Shown here piece by piece: positions 38,209 through 51,929 of a stretch of DNA of 64,000 nucleotides. The notes below the pieces were generated by a model. That model did no database searches, was not told the origin of the DNA, and saw only the letters and a list, made by a program, of their open reading frames with translations. Each line of letters opens with the position of its first letter. Positions within the stretch are counted from its first letter, which is position 1. The stretch comes from Callorhinchus milii. Its lineage: Eukaryota. The translations under genes and the position numbers were made by a program. The stretch is taken from assembly GCF_018977255.1 (NCBI RefSeq), contig NW_024704743.1:40984001-41048000 (forward strand), in the 5' to 3' direction.

Positions 38209-39180
38209 TTTTTTTTGTTCAGCCAGGTGTCTGATGCATATGGAAACCCATCACCAAGCTTACAACAACAACAAAATTACATTTATAGAGCACCTTTCAC
38301 GTCGGGAGGACGTCCCAAAGCGCTGAACAGTCAGGTGTCAGGGCCCAAGCATGGGGAGGGGTGGTGTAGAGGTGAGGGAAGGCAGAGAGGTGGGAGGGAG
38401 ATCAAAGACACGGTCGAAGAGAAGGGTCTTGAGACCGGTCTTGAAGGAGGCAAGGGAGGAAGCGAGGCGAAGGGACTGTGGGATGGAGTTCCAGAGTGTG
38501 GGGGCAGCGAGGCTAAAGCCCGGCCACCGATGGTAAGGCGGGTCGGGCGGGAGACATGGAGCAGGCCGGAGCCTGATGAGCAGAGGTTGGTAGGGAATCA
38601 GCAGGTCAGAGAGGTAGGAGGGGACAAGGCCATGGATGGTCTTAAAGGTGAGGACGAGGATCTTGAACTTGATCCTCTGGGGGATGGGGATCCAGTGGAG
38701 TCGGGCGAGGGTGGGAGTGATGGCGTCACGGAGCCTGGTGCTTGAGAGTACACGAGCTGCAGAGTTTTGGATGATCTACAGCTGTTGAAGGGAAGAGTTG
38801 TGAAGGCCGATGAGGAGGGAGTTCCCGTAATCGAGCCTTGATGTGATGAATGCGTGGGTGAGGGTTTCAGCAGTCTGAGGGGTGAGACAGTGGTGGAGTC
38901 TAGCAATATGTTGGAGGTGGTGGTAGGCAGTGTCGGTCATGGCGTGGATGTGGGGGGATATAGCTTAAGAATATCCAAAGTAAATTGAGAGTTCCATGGA
39001 TCCCACCTGCACATGAACATTTCAGAGATGTTTGTTGGTATGGTATGCACAGTTTCTCCCTGGAGGGACACATCCTGCTTACCTAAATCCAAAGAATATT
39101 CGGTGCAGGTTGGCAAGAACCAAGGCTTGGGGATGCCAGAGTGTGTGTTAGGGTATTGCTGGAATCTAAGCAGCTAAAAC
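38209..39180 (-). repeat. Repeat X copy split by an L2 insertion (38209-38262 + 38968-39180)
   Basis: The halves rejoin to ...ggaaacccatcaccaagctta|agaatatccaaag..., colinear with 33388-33662. Confidence 0.85.
38263..38961 (-). mobile_element. L2-A, 5'-truncated, with 6-bp TSD
   Basis: Tail (CAA)n-aaattacatttatagagc at 38263; AGCTTA at 38257-38262 and 38962-38967. Confidence 0.95.
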
Positions 39181-41257
39181 CATTGAAAGCACTGTCTAGT
39201 AAACTTTCCCATTCTTGTCCAGCAAGGACCACTGTTTGGCTGGCAGGATTAATGGGTGCTGAGTGGGCAGAATCCTTGCTCTCAGTGACTGGTCTGCTCC
39301 TCCGATGAGTCAGGCTGACTTAGGTGCCATCAGCAGTGCGGACTGCCTAGCTCTGGAACCAGACTATCAAGACTGCTACAGAGAGTTGACTCGATTCTGA
39401 TATTCTGTTGCCAAACAGTGTCACGTTGGAGCAGGTTCAGGTCCAAGGGGACCCCACGCATCTCCTGCTCAAGGAGGAAAATAACAACAAGCAACAACAA
39501 ATTACATTTACAAAGCACCTTTCACATCAGAAGGACGTGTCAACCCTCCTAAGCAAATACCAGACTTTCAAGATCATTGCTTCCGAAGAAGGCTATTCAT
39601 CCCATCAAACCTTTTCCACCATTTTATTAGATTTCGGAAAATTCTTTATCCTAATGCCTCGTTGTTTTGCCATACTTCTTAATAATAATAATCCTTGCAT
39701 TTGATATAGTGCCGTATCACATATTCAAGACATCTCAAAGCACTTCACAGGATATACTGCACAATGTAATGACTGTATGTTTTGTGGGCAAAACACGGCA
39801 GCCAGATTTAACAATGTATTTGTATTTCAACATGGCTTCTCATAGGTTCAAACAGCTGTGGCCTGTGGACCTACAAGTTTGGCTACAAATAGTCACTACA
39901 CTTTAAAACTTATGAAGTGCTTGGAGACATCTTGAGGATATGATAAAATGGTACATCAAATGCAAGGATTTATTATTTATCCTCTTATCATAATCCCTTC
40001 AAAAAATAAATAATAATTTGGTCACTCAATCCACGACTGTTACCTATACTACACAAGTCTCAAATCTCCACTTGTACCCATTCATTGGTTTTTATGTAAG
40101 GCACTGGAGAAGACATGTATTTGTGTTTCTTTTTAACAAACCACTGTCTACCTTCATTTCTTTTTTCTCTCTGGCTAATGGGCCTTTACATTATTATTTT
40201 CCAGTCAAGAGGCCGAGATGTGTAAAACACAGCTATTTTATGGATCAGCTGGCAAGACAAATATTCCAGTGTCAGGATGGGTGAAGAAACATTTATTTTG
40301 ATATTTAAATATGTGCTAAGTCATTTAAAATAATTAAATTAATTCTTCCTCAAATAGCTCATTAGGTAAATGCACTCGATTATGCGGTTTCAGCCTGCTG
40401 AATTATCTGAGCTCAGTAGAGCTTCTCTAAGGTACTACAACTGACCTTCTGATATGCTGATGGCCTGCACATTTGTGAGTAATTTTCCATCTAACATGCA
40501 GCGTAAATGGATGTTGATGTAACATGCATTGAACCAGAGTGCTGAGGAGGAGGTTTCAGGAGCAACGTGATTCACACCCACACAGTATAAACACAGCAAG
40601 TGTGAATTGCACTGGGCTCATTCCCCCAGGAAATGTCCTTTGGACAGTTAGAGTGCTTTAAAAGGATCATTTGTAAATAAAATTGAACACTCAATTTATA
40701 ATAATCACTTATAACTGGCTCCAAGATAAAATTCAAATCAAAAAGGTCACCAAGGTGCACGTGTAAATCGGTTTAAAGTGATGCTGAATGAAACGCATGA
40801 TTCAGGGTTCTTGTTTCACATTGATATACTGTCAGGACAAAGCATAAACTCAGAAAAGAGCGAGAAAAAATCAGCCAGAAAATTGAACAGTTTTGAACAC
40901 AGCATGTGCAAATCATAATATTAAATATTGCAAGTGCAAGGCATCAAAGATCAAACTTCAGACATTAATGAATCGAATTTATAATATCAAGAATTCTCTC
41001 ATTTCAAGCATGATACTACGTAAATGTGGTAATGGGATTCTTTTGAGTTATTATGGAAATGGCAGCAAAGTGCTATATAATTCCACCACCAGCTGATTTT
41101 CCATTATGTTGCCTAGAATGGTAACTTTCTCACCAGAACAAACCTAAAAAACATATTAAACATCACACTCAGAGCAACGGAGACACATTTCCATTGGACT
41201 GATACTTCAGTGCCTCTCAATGCCTGATACTGATAATTGAAGTGCCTCTCCTCTCAT

Positions 41258-41737
41258 TTTAATCTTCAAGGTTCTGTCCTTGACTGGTTCAGATCCTATC
41301 TCTCACTCCATTTTGTTAACAACAGCAACAACAACTTGCACTCCCCAAATGACTTCTCCTCCAGCCACCAAATGGTCTTGTGTAGTATTCCTCAGGGTTC
41401 TGACCTTGGTCCTCTCCTCTTCAAACTGTACATGCTCCTTCTTGGTGACATCATCCGCAAATATGGGGTGAATTTCCACATGTACGCGAATGACACCCAA
41501 CTCTATCTCTATGCCTCCACCCTCGACCCCAGGACCACTGATGCCCTGACAGACTCCCTGTCAGACATCAAATACTGGATGAGAGCTAACTTTCTACAGT
41601 TGAACGTCAGCAGACCGAGGCTCTCCTGACTTGCTCTCGCCAGGAGAGTACCTCAGGCACTGGCAGTATCAACATCCATGGATGCACACTCCACCTCACC
41701 AAGCCAGTCAGGAACCTAGGCGTCTTGTTCGACCCTA
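41258..41737 (+). mobile_element. L2-A internal RT fragment
   Basis: IPQGSDLGPLLF...MYANDTQLY...LSDIKYWM. Confidence 0.92.
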
Positions 41738-42864
41738 CTGATTTTATCAATAAGCATTGTTAATTACATAATTAAAAGAACCTGTAAATCCCTCTGTACA
41801 TATGTATTTACAAATGGTTAATACATGATTTACACAACTCATATTATACACTCATTTATGTAATTTATGTCATTTATGGCTATTCTTAATTCATATTTTT
41901 TGTTTTCTTAACTTCTTAATGCTGCATTATGAATAACACTGGCATATGATTCAGGTCAAGCATGTATATACTAAAGTGATGGGACTTTTTGAAGACGTGA
42001 TAAGTCACGATATCAAATGAAAGGATTATTATTATTATTTTGGATGATTTGTTTCTAGGGATACAGAGTGCACATAATAAACTGAAATGCTTGCCTCATT
42101 GGAGGTTGAAATGTGTTACTGTGTTGCGCACAGCAGATTATGGCCTTGATACTATTTAGCAGTCATGCTCTTTGCAAATAACCAATGTATTCTCAGCAAA
42201 GTTACTGTCTACAGATCAAGTCAATGCAGAATGTGTTTAGATGTTAGAATGGTGACTCCAGTATTGCTTATGCCAACTCCCAGCCTCTCATCTCACAGAA
42301 CGCAAAGGGTCTGCTTTCTTATAGTGAGACAATTGTTGCCAGTAAATATCAATGTGAGGATAGAGCAGAATCATTGGTTTTAGTCTATTTGATAAATATA
42401 TTGTTTCCTTGATAGACTTCATCCAATCGTATTCACACTACCAGTGCTCTCTGTATGGCTTTATACCAATAGAAAGACTAACTTAAATGTTTTATAAATA
42501 ATTCTATTCATACATTATACATATTTAGTTTTGAAAGTGAGGCTAAGTGAGTTGAATCAGAATAAATGCTTTTACTTCATTTGGGTTTATTATGTGCACT
42601 CTACTGAATTGGCAATTAATATTCTAAGTGCAGCCAAAGAAATGCAGCTAGTTAACTCACAAAGCCTACATTATATAGATTGCATACAAACTCACTTACT
42701 GCTCAATAAGGTGCAGATTTCCTATCTTTGTGAACAATCTTACCTTATTGTTGACCCCCAGTAATTTTCGCATGGCTGACAATGTCTCAAATATTTTATC
42801 AACTGTTTGAAAGCAATTTGGGCAATCCATTCTTTTTTCTCACAATCCAGTGATAATGCTTTGT

Positions 42865-43172
42865 GTGCTGCATAATTGGTGTTGCCATCCTTCGGATGAG
42901 ATATTAAACCAAGGTCTCTTCTGCCTGTTCAGATTAGACATTGAAATCCTATGAAACTATTCAGAAGGGAATTTTTCCCGGTGTACTAGCTGACAATCCT
43001 GATAATATTGATCGTTCACTTCAAGTCTGCTTGTGGGATCTTGCTGTGCACAAATTGGCTGCTGTGTTTGCCTACAAATATACTCACTTCCCTTTACAGC
43101 AATTCCAAGTGAAACACTTTGAGATAATTTGGGTGTTAAAGGCTGTCTACCAAATGAAAGGATTAGTATTAT
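42865..43172 (+). mobile_element. Older DeuSINE
   Basis: tcggatgagatattaaaccaagg...tgtgggatcttgctgtgcacaaattggctgctgtgttt, plus tail. Confidence 0.75.
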
Positions 43173-43553
43173 GAATATTAACTACATATTAGATCACAAA
43201 ATTTAGCAATGAAGTATATACGTTTGCTCATCACACTCAAAATACTTACTAAAAAATTCCATCAAAATAACAAAGCAAGTAGGTGACAGATTAATTGCAT
43301 GCCTTAATGTTATACCAATAATTTCTACATGGAGCAACACTAACCACTACAGCCCCAATTTATAAGAATAATTATTATGTCTTTCCTCATATTCCTGAAT
43401 TCGTTCATGGCTGCGTAAAATAAATTAAATTGCTATCAGTCACGCTTCATTTTACAGTCGGGGCTCAAATTTTGTCTCACCATCCAGTCAGCAACATTTT
43501 TCACTTTAGGTATAAAAATGCCAAAGGGAAACCAAAATAAATTAACTTTTACA

Positions 43554-44138
43554 TCACAGTTGAGGGTCAAACAAGACGCCAAGGCTCCGGACTTGCTTAG
43601 TAAGGTGGAGTGTGCATCCTTGGATGGTGATGCTGTCAGCACCTGAGGTGAGGAGGCGCTGATGGGAGCCAATCAGGAGAGCCTCGGTCTTGTTGATGTT
43701 CAACTGTAGAAATTTAGCTCTCATCCAGGACTTGATGTCAGACAGACAATCTGTCAGGACAGCAGTGGTCCTGGTGTCAAGGGTGAAGGCAGAGAGATAG
43801 AGTTGAGTGTTATCCACATATATGTGGAAGTTGACCCAAATGTCACCAAGAGGGAGCATGTAGATATTGAAGAGGAGAGGACCAACGACAGAGACCTGAG
43901 GAATACCACACAAGACATTGCGGGCACTGGAGGAGAAGCCATTTTTGAAGACACATTGGAGATGGTGTGAGAGGTAGAGGTGAGAAGGGGTAGAGGAGGA
44001 TAGAATGGCCAATGGTATCAAGGCAGCAGAGTGATCAAGGAGGATTAGGAGGCAGAGGGAGCCCTGATCACAGATGGACAAAATATCACTTTGACCAAAG
44101 CAGTTTCTGTGCTGTGGGCAGCATGGAAACCCGATTGG
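43554..44138 (-). mobile_element. L2-A internal RT fragment
   Basis: QSGFHAAHSTETAL...PQVSVVGPLLF...YVDNTQLY...LGVLFDPQL. Confidence 0.92.
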
Positions 44139-44139
44139 C

Positions 44140-45277
44140 CATCCTTGGTCCCCTTCCCTTCCTCATCTATATGCTCCCTCTCGGTGATGTCATCTGCAGA
44201 CACAGGGTTAATTTCCATATGTTTGTGGATGACACTCAACTCTACTTCTCCTCCAGTTGTGACCTCCAGTCCTCTGATGTTATATCAGCTGGTCTGACAG
44301 ACATCAAAGCCTGAATGAGTGCAAATGTCTTGCAGTTAAACTTCAACAAGACGGAAGCCAAACTCTTTGTACTCCTTCGACATCTTCTAGCCTGGGATTC
44401 AGACCTCCTCAACCTACCCAATCCGTCCTTAAATCTCTCAAATCTGTGCACAACTTAGGCATCAGGTTCGATCCCCAGCTTTCCTTCCTCCCCAACATCT
44501 GATCCCTGGTCAGGACCACTTTCCTCCACCTCCACCACATTGCCCATCTCCGACAATAACTCAATCCACAAGCTGCCGAAACCCTGGTCCATGCCTTCAT
44601 CACCTCTCAGCTGGATTACTCAAATACCCTCCTCACCAGTCTCCCCTCCTCTACTATTCCCAAAATTCAACTCATCCAAAACTCCGCCACCCACATTCTC
44701 ACCTGCACTAAACTCTGCACCCCGATTACCCCAGTCCTTGTCAAACTCCATCACCTCCCTGTCACAGAGTGGATTGACTTCAAGATCTCATTCTACTGTT
44801 TAAATCCCTCCATACCTTGGCACACCCCTATCTTTCCAAACTCCTCTCTCCTCACAGCACTGCCTGCTGCCTTTGCTCTACTGACTCCAGCCTCTTCCTT
44901 ACCCCTTGAATCCTCCGCTCCACCATCAGCGGCTATCCCTTCAGCCACTATCCCTGAAGCAATGGGACTCTCCCATAAAATGTACAGTCAATTAACTTTA
45001 CAGTATATTCTGTGAAGCACTTTGAGACTTTTCAAAGATGTGATAAAGCGCCATAACAAATGCAAGGATTATTATTATATTATGACTCCCTCCCTCAATC
45101 CCTTTGCCTTGCCCCACTCTTTCCCCATTTTCAGGTTACACCTGAAGACCTTCCTTTTTGACCGTGCCTATGGTCAATTGCTCCCTCCCCCTGGCTCAGC
45201 ATTGGGCTCCACCATTTTTAAGCGCTCTGGGAAGCCGCCCGGGTTGGAGAGCGCTATATACATGCAAGTTGTTGTTT
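44140..45277 (+). mobile_element. L2-B, 5'-truncated, interrupted by a SINE tail (about 44972-45083)
   Basis: ILGPLPFLIYMLP...FVDDTQLY; B-type tail taagcgctctggga...gcgctatatacatgcaagttgttgtt; the nested piece ends aaggattattattat. Confidence 0.92.
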
Positions 45278-45631
45278 TACTATTTTTCTGCTATTTGAAT
45301 TGTTCACCTTTCCTTTTATGAGATTGGGAATGTGAGCTATTATTTTAATAGTGACTCATCACTAAATGCGGAGTATAAATGGGAGTAAAAATGGGGATTT
45401 GAGATACCACAAATGAACCGATCTCGTAAGATAACCCCAAATTTCAGCTGAACATCTTTTAACGTTATTGAAGATTGAACTGTGTGAATACTTCTTTAAT
45501 AATATTAAAAATACTGAATGTTGGTGTTCTGCAAATGTGTAAATGGGCAGAATTCACAAACCGATAAGAGTTTTTGCAAGAGAGTTTTCCAATGCAGGTA
45601 ATATAACTTGCTCGAGCCCTCACTACTGGAC

Positions 45632-46295
45632 AATAATAAACCTTGCATTTGATATGGAGCCTTATCACAACAACAACAACAACAAGATTTCATTTATAGA
45701 GCGCCTTTCACATCAGGAGGACAACCCAAGGCGCTGGACAATTAGGTCGGGACCCAAGCAGGGGGGAAATGATCAGGGTGAGTGAGGGGATGGAAGGGAA
45801 GGAGCAAGGAGGGGGTTGAGAGTCGAGAGGGGAGCTGAAGATACGGTCGAAGAGAAAGGTCTTGAGACCGGCCTTGAAGGAGAAAAGGGAGGAAGCAAGG
45901 CGAAGGCACTGGGGGATAGAGTTCCAGAGCTTAGGGGCTGAGCGGCTGAAGGCCCGGCCACCGATGGTAGGGCGGTTGGGGCGGGGGATGTAGAGCAGAC
46001 CGGAGCCAGAGCAACGGAGGGTACGGGCAGGTAAATAGGGGGATAGTAGGTCGGAGAGGTAGGAGGGAGCATCATTGAGACATCTCAAAACACTTCACAG
46101 AATATATTGTAAATATTGAATTGACTGAATATTTTGTGGGTGAAACATGGCAGCCAATTGCGCATTGCAGTGTCCCACAAACATTCGTAGATTGAGTGAC
46201 CAAATTACTATCATTATTTTTTTTTGAAGGGACTATTACTCCCAGAAAGCAATCTGCCAATCAACTAACAACCGGGTTTCTACCTACTGTTAGTA
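45632..46295 (-). mobile_element. Young SINE (long form) split by an L2-A insertion (45669-46070)
   Basis: SINE tail ccttgcatttgatatggagccttatcac at left resumes as atcattgagacatctcaaaac at 46071; the L2 ORF APSYLSDLL...LWNSIP...[10 protein letters not shown] lies in between. Confidence 0.9.
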
Positions 46296-46329
46296 TAACG
46301 CTGAGAGTGAAGAACTGAAAAATGCAATT

Positions 46330-46980
46330 GCTTGCTCTCTTTCATACCCATTCTCCCATAACCATTGTATATCTATCTAATTCACTGTTGACATTGTGAA
46401 CGATTCTGCCTACATAACACCTCTCTGGACAATCTGTGCCACACATACACCACTTTCATATATATTAAATTTAAATTGTTCACCTTTCCTCTTTTGAGAT
46501 TGGGAGTACGACCCATTGCTGTGAACCTCTGACTACATCAAACATGTTATTGGAGTCTAGCTTGGAGTCCATTAAACTTCAATGACATCACCTATTAATC
46601 TTCTTTTCTCCACTGTAAACATTCTCATTTTCTGCAGACTCTGTGAAGTCTCGGTGCCTAATCCTATAAGTCAAATTGTTCATCCGTCACTGCACCCTTT
46701 CTAACACCAGGAAGATGTTCCCAGTTGTGATATCAATTCTAAAACCATATTGCTTGTGTAGCTGGATGAATGCTTTGCACAAAATTACTGTTGCTTCCTA
46801 TCCTGCCTTATCTGTCCAGTTAAACACCGGAAAGTTTGTTTCCTTTACTTGCCACTATGTTGATGCTCCCAATTAGCTACCTTCTCGTGCCCACAAATTC
46901 TTTTCCTGGATTATACTGTGATTTGTTTCTACTCTTTAACACTTGTTCTAACTGTCTATTTTTCCAGCCCAGTCTCAGTC
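46330..46980 (-). mobile_element. CR1 remnant
   Basis: atctatctaattc...ttcaatgacatcacctattaatcttcttttctcc; antisense CR1 3' region pattern, strongly decayed. Confidence 0.5.
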
Positions 46981-48265
46981 TATGTTAATACACGATAAAT
47001 AATAATAAATAATAATCATCCCTGCATTTGATACAGCGCATTATAATATTGTCAAAACATCTCACAGCACTTCATATGAGTCATTGTAAAGTGTACTGAC
47101 TACATATTTGCAGGCCAATGACATTTTAATCTGTTACATTGGTTCTTATTAATTAGACCTCTGAACTAGATTATCAGCAAATGAGGTAAACAACAACAGC
47201 AACAACAACAAAATTACATTTGTATAGCGCCTTTCAGGTCAGGAGGACGTCCAAAGGCATTGGACAGACAGAGTTACGGACCTGAGCTGGGTGATGGGGT
47301 ATTTTTTTTTCAATGGTAAAAGCACATTCATGAATCAGATTCTGCTGTTAGCAATGTTTCCTAAATTTCATTTTATTGTGGGAAAGTTATGCTGAATTGA
47401 TATCATAAAATTAAAATAACAATTCCCTAATAATTACATTTTCTAATGGACTTTTTAATCAGAACTCAGATGACCTTTGCTGATTAAACCATGGCTTCTA
47501 ACTCGCTTATTCCAGTGTCAGGCTGTTTCATTAATGACTACCTGCTATGTTTTTATCTAATCAGTCAATCCAACATTGTTTTGCTTTTGAATAAAACAGG
47601 GAAAAAACTAACTTTACAACTTTTAGAGTTCAAAATAACAATTAGTAGCAGTGCCCCAAATTCTGCATTGCTGAAAATTCTACAATGAATGTAGACTTTA
47701 CTTGTATTCACATCAACTCAAACAAACGTAGCACCACTTAAATTTACAGCACTGAAGGAAGCTATTCATGCCTCTCATGACTCTCTAAATGAGCTGTCTA
47801 TTTTATCACATTGCCTGGACTTTTTTGCATACTCTTTATATATCTTCTTTCCACTTATTCATCCAATTCCCTCTTAAAAACTCATATGGATTCTGTCTGA
47901 TGTCACTTCCAGGTAGAATATTCCAATGAGGCGATACCCGTAATGATAATAATGCACAATGCTAAAATATCTTAAAAAACAAATGTATTTTAAGGGTTTG
48001 CAATGCTCCCTTTATTACCCTGTGAGATTCCACAATGAATTTGGTATGCACTTTCAAACTCAAAATGCACATTCGCTACATTTTAAAATATCCTGTGAAG
48101 TGTTTTGGCTGTTGTACTGACATGAAAGGCGCTATACCAAATGCAAAGGGTTTTGTTATTACTACTAGATTTTGAGAAATCTTCAGGAGGCAGATTATTT
48201 CGGTCAATTCCTCCGTGGCATTTAGTAAAGATTTACTGCGACCATTCTAAACTTCTGAGGCCCAG

Positions 48266-49400
48266 AATACAATACAAAATTACATTTGTAAAGTGCCTTT
48301 CACTTTGGGAGGACAACCCAAAAGGTGCTGAACAGTGAGGGATTAGGACCCAAGTGGGGGTGGGGAGGTAAGTTGGGATCAGGAAGGAGGGAGGGCAGAG
48401 AGGGTAGGAGGGTGGCCGAAGGCCCAGTTAAAGAGGAGGGTCTTGAGGCGTGCCTTGAATGAGCCAAGGGAGGAAGCGAGGCAAAAGTAACGTGGGATGG
48501 AGATCCAGAGGGTTGGGGGCAGAGAGTTTGAAGGCCAGACCACCGATGTTGGGTTGGGTCAGGCAGGGGACATGGAGCAGAGCAGAGCCTGCTGAGCAAA
48601 GAGAGCAGACAGGTTGATAAGTGGTTAGCAGGTCGGGGATGTAAGTGGGGCCAAGGACATGGAGGGCCTTGAAGGTGAGGATGAGAATTTTGAACTCAAT
48701 CCTCTGAGGGATAGTGAGCCAGTGGAGCCGGGTAATTCGGTCACAGAGCCTGGTGCGGGAGAGGACACAGTTCTGGATGATCTGCACCTTGTGGAGGGAA
48801 GAGCCACGAGGGCCGACAAACAGGGTGTTGGCATAGTCGAACATGGATGTAATGAAAGCATGCATGTGAGTTTCGGCACCCTGAGGAGTGAGGCAGTGGC
48901 AATGTGGTGGAGGTGTGGGAAAGCAGAGTGGGCCATGGCACGGATGTGGGGAGAAAGGACAGTTGAGGGTCAAACAAGACGCCTAGGTTCCTGACTGGCT
49001 TAGCAAGGTGGAGTGTGCATTTATAGATGGTGATGTTGTCAGCACCTGAGATGTGGAGGTATTGACGGGAGCCAATCAGGAGAGCCTCGGTCTTGTTGAT
49101 GTTCAACTGTAGAAAGTTAGTTCTCATCCAGGACTTGATGTCTGACAGACATTCTGTCAGGACAGCAGTGGTGCTGGAGTCAAGAGTGGAGGCAGAGAGG
49201 TAGAGTTGAGTGTCATCGGCATATATATGGAAGTTGACCCCATGTCAGCGGATGATGTCACCAAGAGGGAGCACGTACAGGTTGAAGAGGAGAGGATTGA
49301 GAACAGAACCCCGAGGAACACCGCACGAGACAGTGCAGGGGCTGGAGGAGAAAACGTTTGTGGGGACAAAGTGGAGCTGGTGTGAGAGATAGGATCTGAG
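48266..49400 (-). mobile_element. L2-A, 5'-truncated
   Basis: [43 protein letters not shown]; tail at left. Confidence 0.95.
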
Positions 49401-51616
49401 GACGTAGTCTTAAAACCACTATTTTAAAAGTTAAGTTGATGCAGCATTTTAGAAAAATCTTAAATTCCGTCTTAATTTAGAAAGAATTTTTCTGCCATTC
49501 TGAAACTAAGTTTGCTCCTTTGACCTGACCCATGTGTTTCGTCAGTTTTTTTTGGTTCTCTTGGGATTCCACATCCAAGAGACTATTGTAAGCAGTCAGT
49601 AGCTCTGGTCTCCTTTACATAGACCCTCGTAGCAGAATGGATTGTTGAAGGTCTGGAACTTTAGAAGAACCAAGAGGACATGGGCAGCGACAAGCATGCA
49701 CTACTGTGTCTCATCCGCTCATTAAAAACATCTCCAACTGATTGCATACCAGCTTGTTTCAACTAGCACATTCAGCCACAATTTCCTTGAAGCACTGCGG
49801 AATTTGGGATGTATAAATAGTTTGTGGAAATGCCATTGCTGTAGGGCCTGAGATTTTTTATTGTCAGGATTTATAAGTATAGCTACAATGTTAGCATGCT
49901 TTTCCCAGACAAAAACAAATACAGAACCGCCAGATGCATGATAGTGTTGCACTGTCAAACATTTTTTTAAAGATTCAGTCATTCTTTTGTCATTATTTGG
50001 TTCAGAAAGACTTGCACATTTGTGCATAATTGTTTTAATGCCTTGCCAAAGGCCATTCTATCAATAGCTTCACAGACTAATACATGTTAATAATAACCAC
50101 TGCAGACGTCTAATGCTTCAACTCACACTGATAGTTTAATTAGGCATACACAGGTAAGGAAAATAACAACAAGATCCTAAGTAAAATATGTCCTAAACCA
50201 CCTTTCACATTTTGGGCTGCAGTGATTTGATTCCAGGACATTTTGTTTCTCCATCAGTGTTTTGTTCTACTTAATGGAACTTATTGACAAAGATAATTAG
50301 GAAAAAGCAACATTGATCACTACAACATTCTTCTAATTCAGCAAAGACTGAATCTATCCAATCTGTTCAGGTTGAAACAAATTAACATTTTTCACTTCTG
50401 GCTTTCTTGATTTCTTGATCAATTGTTAAATGTTAAATTGTTAAATGTCCATACGTGTTTCCATTCTATTGCTGTGACTGTCGCCATTGCTCCTCTCTGA
50501 AATTGCATTTGATATTGTGTCATGTTCGGAGGTCATTTCAAGCTGCTTCATAGGATATACTGTAAAGTGCAGTGACCTCCTAGATGATTACGATACACAA
50601 TTTGCCCACGGCAATATGCCACAAACAGTTTTGAAGTGAATGATCACTTTTATCTGGGGGATTGTTGTGCAGGACAACAAGAGAAACTCCCTCTAGTTCC
50701 TAATGAAATGCTGTAAATACCTTTTTCCTCCTGCCTTCTTACTGGGGTCTAAATTGTTGGACGCTAATCTCAATCTCAATTTTGACTTCCATGTATTTGG
50801 GGTCCAAAGGGTTGAACCTGATAAATCCCAAATTCACAATTTCCTGATCTTTTTCCAAACCCTGCAAAGTAGTCCTCAGTGGCATAAATTCAAACTTTGA
50901 TAACTCATACTTGCCTACTTCAGTCTTTTCTTCCTCTAGTAATCTGCAGGCATTTTAACTTCCAACCTTGGTGGGTCAGTTAAACAGTCTATTTTGATTT
51001 ATATCTTCCTTTCTCCTACTCAACCTATTTTATGGGTATTGGATCCTCACCTAGTTTTCTTCCTAAGCAAAAAATATGGAAATCCTTTCAAATGACATCC
51101 TCTACTGCAATATTTCCCCCCTAAGTTGCCTCATTTTGATTTATTTAAAACATTTTAGAGAATTTAGCCCCACGACTGCATTAATCCAGCAATCTGATCC
51201 AGTTTTCTTTGAACATGTCTCCTATCTTAATTATGTTACGCAGAATACCTATGATAAATACAGTAGACAGCTTCTAAATTGCATACACCAGTGAACATTA
51301 TACCTGACCACTGCTTCATAACAGCACAACTGAAAGATGAAATTCAATATGTTCACTGCAAAAGGGGAACAACTACAAATAAACACTAAACATGAGACTC
51401 TTAGAGCAAAACAACATTTTAAAAAAAAGTGTTTCTTGTGAAAGTATTTTCATTTTATAATGCAACAAAGAAATTATTTGAGGGACATCGGTGACAAAAG
51501 GCATTGCTAGAAAAGACAAGTGATGATTCTTCATCATTATTATTACGAGTTTCTGCTAAAATATGCTACAGCAGTGATAACCTTGATTTGTCTGTTGCAA
51601 TAAATGTCTCCCTTAC

Positions 51617-51732
51617 TTTGATTAAGCACCTTAGCCTCCAGCCTTGGCACTTAATGAACGCGGAGACCATTTACTGACAGGCGAAAGTTATATGCTAAAT
51701 ATACCCGCAGCATTTGAGACAATAGGTGCAGC
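51617..51732 (-). other. Candidate non-coding exon (116 nt)
   Basis: Acceptor tccctctctgtgttgcttatctctcAG, donor AAA|GTAAGG; stops in all frames; non-repetitive, with some CpGs retained. Confidence 0.3.
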
Positions 51733-51929
51733 CTGAGAGATAAGCAACACAGAGAGGGAATGTGACACAATACAATAATACAGCTACAGTGATCTTGTTA
51801 CTAGAATTGAAATGGCGGATAGCTGCAGGTATGGAGCAATAAGAAACAGGCTTGTGGTGCGAGTAGTGCATAGATGAAATCTGCCCCATGTGTTCGATTT
51901 TGCCAGACAGCAATAACAATGGCAAGTTA

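Noticed and set aside
11718..40625. Shared GTGAATTGCACTGG downstream of AGTATAAA at about 11741 and 40602
   Set aside because: A 14-mer match is expected by chance in 64 kb, and the flanking similarity is too short.
43554..45277. Classical twin-priming 5' inversion of one L2
   Set aside because: The two parts overlap in ORF2 coordinates and belong to different subfamilies, so they are not one RNA.
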